Shown: in pieces, positions 8,386 to 18,592 of the stretch
How positions within the stretch are numbered: the stretch's first letter is position 1
Layout: each line of letters begins with the position of its first letter
Source of the DNA: Candidatus Poribacteria bacterium
Lineage (GTDB): Bacteria > Poribacteria > WGA-4E > PCPOR2b
NCBI GenBank assembly: GCA_965208675.1
Contig: OZ242351.1
Span: 768,001-832,000 of the forward strand
DNA length: 64,000 nt
Direction of reading: 5' to 3'
Position numbers and translations under genes: made by a program
Notes under the pieces: generated by a model
The model's database searches: none
What the model was told of the DNA's origin: nothing
Seen by the model: only the letters and a program-made list of their open reading frames with translations

Positions 8386-10377
8386 CTATTCTGAATCGAC
8401 CATTATCGACAACTCCTCCAACTGTTCGTCAGAGACTTCGGACGGTGCTCCGGTGAGTAAGCATAATCCTTTTTGCGTTTTTGGAAACGCGATGACTTCG
8501 CGAATATTCTCCTCGCCGGTCATTAGCATAATTATGCGGTCCAGACCGGGTGCAATTCCAGCGTGCGGCGGTGTGCCGTGTTGCAGGGCTTTTATGAAAT
8601 AACCGAATCGCCTTTCAACTTCTTCGGGACTAACGCTCAAAAGATCCAACACCTTCTGTTGAATGTCCCAACGATGAATTCGGACACTGCCGCTGCAAAT
8701 CTCGATGCCGTTGATGACGAGGTCGTAGTGTTGGGACCGGGCAGCACTAGGATCGGTATCCAAAAGAGGAACACTCTCGTCAGTGGGCGCTGTGAAGAGA
8801 TGGTGGAAGGGTTCGTAACGCCGTTCGTCGTCGTTCCATTCGAACAGCGGATAATCGACAATCCAGAGGAAGTTGAAACGACTCTCATCAATGAGACCGA
8901 GCTGCTTGCCGAGAAGAAGACGAAGGTTTGATAGCGCGTCTGCAACTACCCTTGGTTGGTCAGCGACGAACATCATTATGTCTCCCGGCTTCGCTCCCAT
9001 CCGCGCCGCTACCGCAGTGAGGGTGTGTTCGCTGAAAAACTTTACGATGCCGGACTCGAATCCGTTCTCGGTTACCTTTATCCACGCCAATCCTCTCGCT
9101 TTATAGATGGCGACGAAATCGGTTAAGTTTTCAATCTCTTTCCTAGAAAACGCGGCTCCACCGCAAACGGCGATGCCTTTTACCTGTCCATTTCGTTCCA
9201 AGGCGCCCTTAAACACCTTGAAGTCACAGTCGGCGACGAGGTCGGAAACTTCGGCGAGTTCCATCCCGAAGCGGGTATCCGGTTTATCGGTGCCGAACCG
9301 CGTCATTGCGTCGTCGTAAGCGAGGCGTGTAAACGGAATTTCCACGGATATGCCCGAGGCTTCCTCAAAAATCCGCTTCATCAAGCCTTCAGTGACTTCA
9401 AGGACATCGTCAACGGTCGCAAAGGACATCTCAAAATCGAGTTGTGTGAACTCAAGCTGGCGATCAGCGCGAGTGTCTTCATCCCGGAAGCAGCGGGGAA
9501 TCTGGAAGTAGCGATCTACGCCGCTCATCATGAGAATCTGCTTGAACTGTTGCGGCGATTGTGGAAGCGCATAGAAGTTGCCCGCGTTAAGACGGCTTGG
9601 CACCAGCACATCCCGCGCACCTTCAGGTGTACTATTCATCAGGATTGGGGTTTCGATTTCAAGAAATCCCTGTTCGTCCATGTACTTCCGGGCAGCAAGC
9701 ATAGCCTTGTGCCGGATGGCTAAAGATTTCTGCATCTTGGGACGGCGGAGATCGATGTATCGGTATGTCATGCGAATCTCTTCGTCGGTGTCGATGTCGT
9801 CCTCAACCAGAAACGGCGGCGTTTTGGCAACGTTTAAAATATCCAATTTTTGTGTTGCGACCTCAATCTCGCCCGTTGGGAGGTTGAGGTTTATTGTGCC
9901 CAAGTAAACGCTGACTTCGGTTGCAGTCATCTTTATAACGTAGGTTCGTTTACCTGCCCTGTCAGTAATCAGCCACTTGTCTACTTCGCCTCGGTTCACT
10001 ATCTCAACATTCTGGGATAGTGGGTGCCCGTTTGTCTTGAAAGCACCTCGAAATTCGTCTGAAAAATGCAAAGCCGCCAAATCGGTTTCATGTTCTAATC
10101 CGAGGTTGAATAATAGGTCGCCCTCTATCCGCTCTCGAACTGTGCCGCTCACGGCCAACACAAACTCGCCGCGAATTTGGTTTGCAACTTTATGGGCTTC
10201 AGCATCAATCTTGGGATCGAATACGACTTGTGTAATTCCCGTCCGATCCCGTAAGTCTGCGAAAATCACGCCGCCGTGGTCTCGACGGCGAGCAACCCAG
10301 CCAGTTAACTGCGCCGATTTACCGGCATCGGCGAGCCGCAACTCTCCACAATAGTGCGTCCTTTTCATTTCAGGCAT
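8386..10377 (-). CDS. aspS: Aspartate--tRNA ligase (probably non-discriminating), with a ~73-aa insertion
   Basis: RTHYCGEL, RRDHGGVIF, TPEGARD, ALPQSPQ.FKQ, YFQI.RCFRDED.RADRQ.EFTQLD, PPHAGIA.GLDR, IAFPKT. Confidence 0.98.
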   Translation of the reverse strand: MPEMKRTHYCGELRLADAGKSAQLTGWVARRRDHGGVIFADLRDRTGITQVVFDPKIDAEAHKVANQIRGEFVLAVSGTVRERIEGDLLFNLGLEHETDLAALHFSDEFRGAFKTNGHPLSQNVEIVNRGEVDKWLITDRAGKRTYVIKMTATEVSVYLGTINLNLPTGEIEVATQKLDILNVAKTPPFLVEDDIDTDEEIRMTYRYIDLRRPKMQKSLAIRHKAMLAARKYMDEQGFLEIETPILMNSTPEGARDVLVPSRLNAGNFYALPQSPQQFKQILMMSGVDRYFQIPRCFRDEDTRADRQLEFTQLDFEMSFATVDDVLEVTEGLMKRIFEEASGISVEIPFTRLAYDDAMTRFGTDKPDTRFGMELAEVSDLVADCDFKVFKGALERNGQVKGIAVCGGAAFSRKEIENLTDFVAIYKARGLAWIKVTENGFESGIVKFFSEHTLTAVAARMGAKPGDIMMFVADQPRVVADALSNLRLLLGKQLGLIDESRFNFLWIVDYPLFEWNDDERRYEPFHHLFTAPTDESVPLLDTDPSAARSQHYDLVINGIEICSGSVRIHRWDIQQKVLDLLSVSPEEVERRFGYFIKALQHGTPPHAGIAPGLDRIIMLMTGEENIREVIAFPKTQKGLCLLTGAPSEVSDEQLEELSIMVDSE

Positions 10378-10487
10378 TGTGTATATGTTTTCTTCCTTAT
10401 ATTTGTGATATATTTATCATTGACAAACTTTGAACATCGTGAAAATTCTGTCAGTCTGACCTGTACCAAATTTTAATTAAGAGAACC

Positions 10488-11747
10488 TCACTGCGATGAT
10501 TTTTTCAGTGCCTTTCCCAACCTATCAAATTCAACCGCCCGCTGATTTCCACTTTCCATATCTCGAACCGTGGCCGCCCCATTCTTAATCTCATTTTCCC
10601 CAATAATCACGACATATTTCACTCCGAGCTTGTTTGCTGTTTTCATCTGTGCCTTCAAACTGCGTCCTTTGTATTCAAGGTCAGTTCTGATTTGGCTATC
10701 GCGGAGTTTTTCCGCCAATTGGAAGGCGATTGGCATTGCTTCTTCACCGAGTACGGCCATGTAAACGTCAATTGGCGGCTGCGGCGAAATCTCGATTTTT
10801 TGTGCTTCCAAGGCAAGCATTATGCGATCTACGCCAAGCCCAAAGCCAATCCCCGGAGTCGGTTTGTTGCCCAGTTCTTCGACCAGGTAATCGTACCGCC
10901 CACCCCCGCCGATAGCGTCTTGTGCACCGAGTCCGCCCGCCGTAAATTCAAACGTCGTGCGAGAGTAGTAATCCATTCCCCTAACTAGATTCTCATTCTC
11001 CACAAAATCAATGTTCAATAACTTGAGGTAACGTTTTACATCGTCGAAATGTTCGCGGCACGAATCGCTCAGATATTCCAGCAGTTTAGGTCCCTCAGAT
11101 AGAATTTCGCGGCACCCGATTTTGCAATCAAAAAGACGCAATGGGTTGCGATCATAGCGTCTTTGGCATTCTTGGCAAAACTGATCGAGACGTGCCTCTG
11201 TGAAAGCCTTGAGATCCGACACAAATTTTGGCCGGCAAGCTCGATCGCCAATGGTATTGAGGTGCAACGTCAAATCTTTGAAACCAAGACGCGAATAAAA
11301 TTTATGGGCTAACGCGATGACTTCCGCATCAACCGCAGGTTCAGCGGCGCCGAACACTTCCACTCCAACCTGCCAATGCTCACGATAACGTCCCGCCTGC
11401 GGTCGTTCATAGCGGTACATTCGCCCATTGTAATAAAGTTTCAAGACGCTCGCGCTTTCGAGCAGCCGATTTTGAATGACAGCGCGAACAACGGGTGCTG
11501 TCCCTTCTGGCCGCAGCGTGATGCTGCGATTGCCTTTGTCGTTGAAGGTGTACATCTCTTTTTCAACGATGTCGGTAGTATCTCCCACGCCCCGGACAAA
11601 TAGATCGGTATTTTCAAAAATTGGGGTGCGAATTTCCTGATACCCGTATGTCGAAAAAACAGACCTCGCGACGTTCTCCACCCACTGCCACGTTTGAGTC
11701 TGCGAAGGAAGGATATCTCTGGTGCCCTTGGGTGATTTAATCTGCAT
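10488..11747 (-). CDS. hisS: Histidine--tRNA ligase
   Basis: PKGTRD, LRPEGTA, YRYERPQAGRYRE, LVRGMDYY, GGGRYD. Confidence 0.98.
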   Translation of the reverse strand: MQIKSPKGTRDILPSQTQTWQWVENVARSVFSTYGYQEIRTPIFENTDLFVRGVGDTTDIVEKEMYTFNDKGNRSITLRPEGTAPVVRAVIQNRLLESASVLKLYYNGRMYRYERPQAGRYREHWQVGVEVFGAAEPAVDAEVIALAHKFYSRLGFKDLTLHLNTIGDRACRPKFVSDLKAFTEARLDQFCQECQRRYDRNPLRLFDCKIGCREILSEGPKLLEYLSDSCREHFDDVKRYLKLLNIDFVENENLVRGMDYYSRTTFEFTAGGLGAQDAIGGGGRYDYLVEELGNKPTPGIGFGLGVDRIMLALEAQKIEISPQPPIDVYMAVLGEEAMPIAFQLAEKLRDSQIRTDLEYKGRSLKAQMKTANKLGVKYVVIIGENEIKNGAATVRDMESGNQRAVEFDRLGKALKKSSQ

Positions 11748-11753
11748 ATCTTC

Positions 11754-12905
11754 CTAATAACTCCCTAAAACTTGTTGAATCTTCCCTAACGATTCCATTG
11801 CCGCATGCCGCAATTCCTCGTTTTCGTCATTTTCAAGCGCCTTTAAGGCGTCAACGACTTCACTGTCGGAATAGATGACCTTTCCTAATGCTTTTGCTGC
11901 CCAAATCTTATCAACTTTCTCGAGTAGGGCAAGCTGCTCACCGTATTCATTGGCGGATTGGATTTCTCCATTTTCAATTTTCTTGCGGAGCCGTTTTTCG
12001 CAAAACCCCATGTGCCCTACTGCTTCCGTCACCGAAAGCCACAAGCTGTTAACCTTCTCACTCTCCAGTTCGGCGAGCAGAAATTTTTTGTAGAGGTTTA
12101 AGAAATAGTTTTCGAAAGCTAATGTCCGTTCAGCGATATTTCTCAGTTGTTTCCTGTCATCTGTATTTTCAGGGACGCAATACTCCCATGTTCTACGGCA
12201 TTTGGCATAAACGTCTTGGATAAGGTCTGTCCATTCATCGTTGATGCGTGTTCGATATTGTTTCAGACAATCGTTTTTGTCATTGACATATATATTGGCT
12301 TTGAGCGCTATAATCGCCAATGCGGATTTGCCTACACAGTTGATTATCTCCTTGGTGCCGGGGTGCATGCCGCCATCTGCAGCGCACGCCTCACGTATGT
12401 CGTAGCCGTAGAATTCCCCTTCGGGGTCGGGATAATTCAGTGGGAACACGAGAAATTCTGGTTTCTCGCGGATTCGTGAAAAGAAACGATACGGGACATG
12501 CATCAGACTACGTTGCCACCACTCAAGAGGAATCAGCACAAGTTTATCGCGTATATCTTCCCCATGCAGCAAGATGCTAGCAAACTTGAGTTCTGGGAGT
12601 CCTATACGTAATGCTTGTCCTTCGCCATAAAGGTTCAGTTCTAACTCAATTGGACTTATCAACGAACAGTATTCGCTTGTTTGTTGAGCCTTCTCATGTT
12701 CCTCACGGCTGCGGAAACTGTCCACGAACAGGATGTCCACGTCAATGTCGCTTGCGGGAACCGCAGTGCCATCGGTGTAGCTCCCCTTGAGGTAGTATCC
12801 TCGAATTCGATTGGGGAAAACCGATTCAAATATTCCAATTACACCACGTATAATATCGTCAACTCTTCGGTTGCGGACAGAATTGAGTAGCGAAACGCTG
12901 TTCAT
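11754..12905 (-). CDS. Pol-beta-type nucleotidyltransferase with C-terminal HTH-like segment and HEAT repeat
   Basis: YYLKGSYTDG....SDIDVD (GS/DxD motif); LWLSVTEAV..MG..EKRLRKKIENGEI; AAKALGK...VVDALKAL...LRHAAMESLGKI. The start is more likely ATG 12905 than 12995, which would overlap the upstream gene. Confidence 0.75.
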   Translation of the reverse strand: MNSVSLLNSVRNRRVDDIIRGVIGIFESVFPNRIRGYYLKGSYTDGTAVPASDIDVDILFVDSFRSREEHEKAQQTSEYCSLISPIELELNLYGEGQALRIGLPELKFASILLHGEDIRDKLVLIPLEWWQRSLMHVPYRFFSRIREKPEFLVFPLNYPDPEGEFYGYDIREACAADGGMHPGTKEIINCVGKSALAIIALKANIYVNDKNDCLKQYRTRINDEWTDLIQDVYAKCRRTWEYCVPENTDDRKQLRNIAERTLAFENYFLNLYKKFLLAELESEKVNSLWLSVTEAVGHMGFCEKRLRKKIENGEIQSANEYGEQLALLEKVDKIWAAKALGKVIYSDSEVVDALKALENDENEELRHAAMESLGKIQQVLGSY

Positions 12906-12912
12906 TTGAAAT

Positions 12913-15900
12913 TTACGATTTCGGTTGCATCGCCGCCTGAATTTGACGCCGTTGCTCCTGAAGTTCTGGGACACTCGGGGCAAGGCGCCGCGCATCGGAA
13001 TTGGCTTTCAATGCATCGTCATACTGCTTTTGGGTGACGTATAAATTCGCCAACTCACTGTATAGCAACGGCTCATCCGACGCAAGTTGTAATGCACGCT
13101 GGTATGAATTGATCGCCTTGCGAACTTCGTTCTCATCCGTGTGAATTTTCCCTAATATATAATGCCCGCGCCACAAATTTGGGTTGACTTCCAATGTCTT
13201 CTCTGCATATTGGCGCGCTTCCGGCACCATGTTTTTAAGACGGTAGATTGATGCCATAGCCGCGAATATTTCGGCGGGAAGATTTGAATCTAACGCTTCA
13301 AGGCGTTTGTAAGTCCGCAGCGCTTGATCATTGCGTTCTTGCCGTTCATAAATAGGTCCGAGTAGGAGGTAAAAATCTAGACGATTTGGTTCAAGTTCAA
13401 TCGCAGTCTCAATGGCTTTAGCAGCCTCGTTTAATTTCCCTTGGCCTTCGTAGATGACCGCGAGTTGAATGTAACCTTCCGTATCCCGTGGATTAGTTCG
13501 CAAAGCCTTTTTCACGACCTGTTCAAGTTGCTTGAGCTCTTTTTTCTCCTCTTCGCGCACCAATCCTGATGCAACACCTAGATGGTATCGAATCACTTCG
13601 TCACGGGGATTAATTGCCAATCCGCGGTTAAAATGTCCAAATGCTTCCTCATATTCTCCCGAAACATGGGCAAGTTGGCCTTGTATGAGATTCTGAGTGG
13701 CGTCGAAGTAAAGGTCTACCTTTTTTCTCACGTCGGTTTTCTCCGCCATCGATCTGCCATAATTTTTCAGGTACGGGTTGACTCGTTCGCGGTATTTCGC
13801 CATTGCCGAGATAATGCTCTTCTTGGCTCCTTCAGACCGGCTTGCACGGATTAACCCTAAATTCGGACGGCTATCCGAATAAACTGCGCCGTATCCGGCA
13901 TAGCTTCGGAGGGCATCGTCACCCATCATAAACGAATCTAGCAACGACATACCGTTAAGGTCATCGCTTGCGAGCGCATCGCCGATATTTGTAAATTGCG
14001 TTCTGCCCATGAAGTTTTCATAATCAATCTTGAGTCGTTCAGATGTGCCAATCAAGACGACGAAATCCGGTGTGTATTTGTACCATAGTGTTGTGTGAGG
14101 AAATACTTCAAGGAATGTCCTCAAAGCCATTTTGAAATGTGCTTCGGAGATTAAATTGAGTGGTAACCGCTGGCATAAAATACCATCTTCGTTCAAAGCT
14201 CGTTTGCAGAGCCGGTAGAATTCTGTTGTGTTGGTTTGCGAATACCATGCCGCGGGAGAGGATGTGAAGGACCTCACTGAGATGATGTCGTACTTTTCGC
14301 CCGCCACTAGCAGATAGTTCCGCTCGTCATCAATCGTCAAATTGAATTGGGGGTTGCTGAGAATATGGTGATTTACATTAGCGAAATGTGCGCGCGCTTC
14401 TTCAATGACATCTTTTGAAGATTCGACTGCATTCACATAAACGCCGTGTTGCGTCATAGAGTAGGCTGTCAAGCCCATGCCGAACCCAACTACAAGTGCA
14501 CTTTTCGGCTTAGGATGTAAGAGTACTGGGAGGTGGGCGATTAGGCGCTGTGAAGTATAGCCCCATCGGGAAGTATCAGCAATCTTACGCGCACCTACAT
14601 ACAACTTATGGGCACCCTTATCATCCGTGAACACCGACACTTCAGCATCAACGCCATGTTTATGGGAAATGATTGTGCTGCCCACGCCCCGTGTGAGGAA
14701 GCCCGAATTTCTGATGAACAGAGGGTTATCGCCTGCGTATAACACAATCAGTCCGAACCCAACGGTCAGGATTACTCCACCGGCCGCTGTGCCATTAAGG
14801 ATTTGCCTGGTGCGTACGGCGTTAGCTTGTGCTGAGAAAGTCGCGGCGCAACCCATAATCGCGCTCAAGGCCGATGTCAGGACAATGCCCTGACGAACGC
14901 TAATGAACGGCACAATGATGAACCCCGCGCACAACACTCCTGCGATTGCACCAACGATGTGCAAAGCGCTGACATTGCCAATACTGCGCCCTAATCGCGC
15001 CCCGTCGTGTGGGTAGATTCGCACTGCCAAAGGAAAACACCCGCCAATCAAAATTGCCGGAACAATCATCACGCCCGTACACCCAAAAAGTGTTGCAATC
15101 CCGCCGCCGATTGGAAGTAGTTCACCCAGAATCGGTATCGCCGCGACACCGGAAATCCCGATGGCAATCTGCATCAATCCGAACAAACTAATGCGAGATT
15201 TAACGCGGTCAGTTACTCGTGCGAATAACAAATTCCCGATAGCGATGCCGAACAGTAGGACTGCTAGGAATATTGTTGTCGCCGCAAAATCGAGCGAGTG
15301 CACCAAGGCGCGCCTCCAGAGCACTGCATACGTCATCGTGCAGAATCCGGACATAGCAAATGCCCAAAAAGCTAACCGAATCGGCGCAGGCGCCTCGGTT
15401 GTGTCTGGGCGTGATCCAGCGTGCGTTGCGGTTATATGCCCCTCGTCCTTAACACTCGAAATACCACTTACCGACTGCCGATGCAACCCAAAGGCTACGG
15501 CTGCCAAAACTAAATTAATGCCTGCGCAGATATAAAGAGACGGCTGAACCCCTAAAGTTTGCAATAGGACAAATCCCACTGCGAAGCATCCGATGGCGCC
15601 GCCAAGCATCTTGATACCGTTGAGAACGCCGACGTGGAATCCAAGACCGTCCGTACTCCGCACCAAAACCTTGCACAGGACAGGCAATGTGCCTCCCATC
15701 AGAATCGACGGGACAATCAGGTAGAGAAAGGATAGAGCAAACCGGATGAACAACAGCGAATAGAACTCCCCATTAAGACTGCGATAGACTAGAACGTAGG
15801 CGGCGTTTAGCACATTCAATAGCAATGGGGAGACAAGGGCAAATACACCGATGCCTATTTCAAGAATAGCATATAACCGTAGTGGACGATCTTCACGATC

Positions 15901-16089
15901 CGCGGCGCGGCCAAAATACAATGCCCCTACTGCCAATCCCGACATCAGTGCTATCAGGACCGTGCTAACCGGCAGCGTCGTGCCGCCAAAGATCAGTGTG
16001 AGTTGGCGTACCCAGATTACTTCGTATATCAAGCCAATGGCACCGGCAAAGAGGAAGATTAGCCGCACAACCGATTTTATATTCCGCAC
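12913..16089 (-). CDS. Membrane-fused spermidine-synthase-like protein with C-terminal TPR repeats
   Basis: LIYEVIWVRQLTLIFG N-terminal multi-TM domain; HLPVLLHPKPKSALVVGFGMGLT SAM-binding fold; about 7 TPRs. Confidence 0.85.
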   Translation of the reverse strand: MRNIKSVVRLIFLFAGAIGLIYEVIWVRQLTLIFGGTTLPVSTVLIALMSGLAVGALYFGRAADREDRPLRLYAILEIGIGVFALVSPLLLNVLNAAYVLVYRSLNGEFYSLLFIRFALSFLYLIVPSILMGGTLPVLCKVLVRSTDGLGFHVGVLNGIKMLGGAIGCFAVGFVLLQTLGVQPSLYICAGINLVLAAVAFGLHRQSVSGISSVKDEGHITATHAGSRPDTTEAPAPIRLAFWAFAMSGFCTMTYAVLWRRALVHSLDFAATTIFLAVLLFGIAIGNLLFARVTDRVKSRISLFGLMQIAIGISGVAAIPILGELLPIGGGIATLFGCTGVMIVPAILIGGCFPLAVRIYPHDGARLGRSIGNVSALHIVGAIAGVLCAGFIIVPFISVRQGIVLTSALSAIMGCAATFSAQANAVRTRQILNGTAAGGVILTVGFGLIVLYAGDNPLFIRNSGFLTRGVGSTIISHKHGVDAEVSVFTDDKGAHKLYVGARKIADTSRWGYTSQRLIAHLPVLLHPKPKSALVVGFGMGLTAYSMTQHGVYVNAVESSKDVIEEARAHFANVNHHILSNPQFNLTIDDERNYLLVAGEKYDIISVRSFTSSPAAWYSQTNTTEFYRLCKRALNEDGILCQRLPLNLISEAHFKMALRTFLEVFPHTTLWYKYTPDFVVLIGTSERLKIDYENFMGRTQFTNIGDALASDDLNGMSLLDSFMMGDDALRSYAGYGAVYSDSRPNLGLIRASRSEGAKKSIISAMAKYRERVNPYLKNYGRSMAEKTDVRKKVDLYFDATQNLIQGQLAHVSGEYEEAFGHFNRGLAINPRDEVIRYHLGVASGLVREEEKKELKQLEQVVKKALRTNPRDTEGYIQLAVIYEGQGKLNEAAKAIETAIELEPNRLDFYLLLGPIYERQERNDQALRTYKRLEALDSNLPAEIFAAMASIYRLKNMVPEARQYAEKTLEVNPNLWRGHYILGKIHTDENEVRKAINSYQRALQLASDEPLLYSELANLYVTQKQYDDALKANSDARRLAPSVPELQEQRRQIQAAMQPKS

Positions 16090-16312
16090 AGTTCTCTTAC
16101 CTAAACACCATCTTCAAATATTCGCGAGTTCGCATACCTTGGAAGAGTTCGCCGCTCCAAAACTCATTATATCACATACATCCCGGCGTTGTGTACATCA
16201 AAATGGGCATGTGTAGGGCACACGAACAATGCAACTACTCAATTGGAAATTCTCCTATCAAAATTTCACTGAAGCGGAAAATTTTTCTGGTACAAGGAGC
16301 TTTTTTCACTAA

Positions 16313-17199
16313 GAGCCTGTTTGAAAAAGAAAAAAGATGTCTGAACGGTTGATGTTTACGTTTACTCACTGGAGCAGTTGATTCCGAACCAATGAAGGGA
16401 GTAAACATGAACCGAAAACGTTATCCTAGTGATTTGACCGATGTACAATGGCAGAAACTGTCAGCGTTTCTGCCAACCCCTCAACCATTAGGTAGACCTC
16501 TAAAATGGGAGATGTACTTAATTGTCCATGCCATCTTTTATGTCGTCAAGTCCGGTTGCCAGTGGCGAATGCTACCATACGATATGCCACCGTGGCAAAC
16601 CGTCTATTACCATTTTAGGAAGTGGGAAGCCGACAATACATGGCTCTTGATTCATCAGGCACTTCACGAACAATCACGCTGTGATGGTGGCAAAGAACCA
16701 TCACCGACAGCAGCTATCATTGACAGCCAATCCATTAAGACAACTGAACTGGCGACGACTCGCGGTTTTGATGGTCACAAGAAGGTCAAAGGACGCAAAC
16801 GACATCTAGTAACGGATACGACGGGTATTCCATTGATGGTCAAAGTCACTGACGCGAATGTCAGTGATAATCAGATTGCTATCGAGTTACTAACAGAAGT
16901 GTTTAGCTGGTACATAACCATTCAGTTGGTGTGTGCCGATGCCGCCTATCGTGGAGAATTGGAAGACTGGTTATATTTTGCTCATCAATGTCAACTGGAG
17001 ATTGCATCTACGCTAGGACAGCAGAAGTTTGAAGTTATCCCGTTACGATGGATTGTTGAGCGCACATTTTCTTGGCTTGGTTGGTTTCGTCGATTGACTT
17101 TGGATTATGAACGCTATCCTAGGACTGCTGAGACTATGGTGTACATCGCTTCCATTTACTTAATGCAAAATCGAATCAAATGACTTTTCAAACAGGCTC
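16313..17199 (+). mobile_element. Complete IS5-family insertion sequence (IS1031-like group), 887 bp
   Basis: IRs GAGCCTGTTTGAAAA / TTTTCAAACAGGCTC; TAA direct repeat on both sides (16310-16312 and 17200-17202). Confidence 0.93.
16407..17183 (+). CDS. IS5-family transposase
   Basis: YPSDLTD.QW, GCQWRMLP.D.PPWQTVY, IIDSQS, KKVKGRKRH, ADAAY, RWIVERTFSWL...RRL..DYER. Confidence 0.95.
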   Translation: MNRKRYPSDLTDVQWQKLSAFLPTPQPLGRPLKWEMYLIVHAIFYVVKSGCQWRMLPYDMPPWQTVYYHFRKWEADNTWLLIHQALHEQSRCDGGKEPSPTAAIIDSQSIKTTELATTRGFDGHKKVKGRKRHLVTDTTGIPLMVKVTDANVSDNQIAIELLTEVFSWYITIQLVCADAAYRGELEDWLYFAHQCQLEIASTLGQQKFEVIPLRWIVERTFSWLGWFRRLTLDYERYPRTAETMVYIASIYLMQNRIK

Positions 17200-17827
17200 T
17201 AAGGACTGGTCGTCAGGTTACGCGTTAATTATAGACCTGGACGTGAAATGACCAAGAAATGCAATTACATGAGAGAAGCGTGCGCAAAAACTGGCCCATA
17301 CTATCATCTTGATTTGGAAATTTAGCAGGAATAAATTGCGGCTGTGGAAATGGAGACACGTATGGGGGCTTGAAAATAAAGTTACTAGATCCGCAGTCCT
17401 TTGTCACAATCTCGCTTTGCGGTAGGAAGAAATCGCTATCAACGATTTCTGGCATGAAGAATTAAAGGTTATGCACGAACGACGAGATCTGGGACGACAA
17501 GATTACCATCTACGCTAAGCGTCGCGGCGGTTGTTCAATACCGTTCAACGTGTCGATGCAAACTACGCTTTTTTCCGAGAAGTCTTGGCGGGTCACGGTT
17601 GTTTTGCGCCGAGGGCGGTGTTGTGAGCCACAACGTCGTCACACAGGGAAATTAGCTAACTTCCATCAGGTAGGGTGAAGCTATAGCACTTAATCTGATC
17701 GGCATGCGTTTTGATTTGTCAGTGTAGGTCGGACGCCCTTGCACCCGTAGGTTTTCATGTCGTGTTTTCTGTGACACCGCAAATTTCCGCCATTCGCTCT
17801 TTTGGACTTGAATTATCAAATCCGCAA

Positions 17828-18592
17828 TCATCGGTTTGTTTTGGCGTTTGCCCAGGTGGTAGCCAATGAATCGCGGAGAGATACAGAAAACACGCCCGGA
17901 TTGAATTCAAACAGGCCAGCTATCTCTTTTTCATCTAGCGGGCGGCTATAAATTCGCACCTCATCAAGAACGCCCACAAAACCGGCGAGTCCACAGCAGA
18001 ACCCCAAGCGAAGCGGCGATACGCTTGGATCGAGAGTGGCATTATTGGTTGGTACTCGACCTATGAGTTTGCCATTGGCGTAGTAGGCGCCGCTCTGATT
18101 TTTCGACTCAAAGGTTCCTGCGATATGATGCCAAGTGTCCATTTCCAACTCTTGTCCCGTACGCGTCCCTTGCCATCTGCCGCCCGAAAACAGGTCAAGC
18201 CGACCGCCGCCGCGCAGTAAGTCGAGATTGTACTGATCGGTGAAGATGACTCGATTTTCCCCAGCGTAATCCAATTCAGTAGGGAAAACCCATGCAGCAG
18301 CAGTGAAATCCTTTTGCACGGTTAAAACCGGGTTAGCTGGGATACGGGCTTTGGCGTTCTTATCGGGAAAACGCAATCCTCTCCCGAATTTTCCTCTATT
18401 CTCTCGAACGGATGTTTGAATTTTTCCGTCAATTTCGCTTCCGCCAGCGTCCCTGATTGACTCATCTCTTCCCTCAAATGGATAATACGCAATAAGACCT
18501 TCGTCCAATCCAGCAGGCATCACTGGTGCAGACCATACAAAAAGAGTCAAAAGCCAAATGGCAAATTCATATGACGATTGAGTTTTCACCAA
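17828..18592 (-). CDS. Secreted LamG/concanavalin-like domain protein with conserved C-terminal tail
   Basis: Signal peptide; GLIAYYPFE, TWHHIAGTF, G.LDEVRIYSRPL; tail SVSLRDSLATTWANAK. Confidence 0.88.
   Translation of the reverse strand: MVKTQSSYEFAIWLLTLFVWSAPVMPAGLDEGLIAYYPFEGRDESIRDAGGSEIDGKIQTSVRENRGKFGRGLRFPDKNAKARIPANPVLTVQKDFTAAAWVFPTELDYAGENRVIFTDQYNLDLLRGGGRLDLFSGGRWQGTRTGQELEMDTWHHIAGTFESKNQSGAYYANGKLIGRVPTNNATLDPSVSPLRLGFCCGLAGFVGVLDEVRIYSRPLDEKEIAGLFEFNPGVFSVSLRDSLATTWANAKTNR

Noticed and set aside
9901-10119. Intein in aspS
   Set aside because: Too short, with no N-terminal Cys/Ser and no His-Asn followed by a nucleophile at the C-terminal junction.
17203-17827. Short ORFs or a possible gene remnant right of the IS5
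   Set aside because: No recognisable motif or consistent reading frame.
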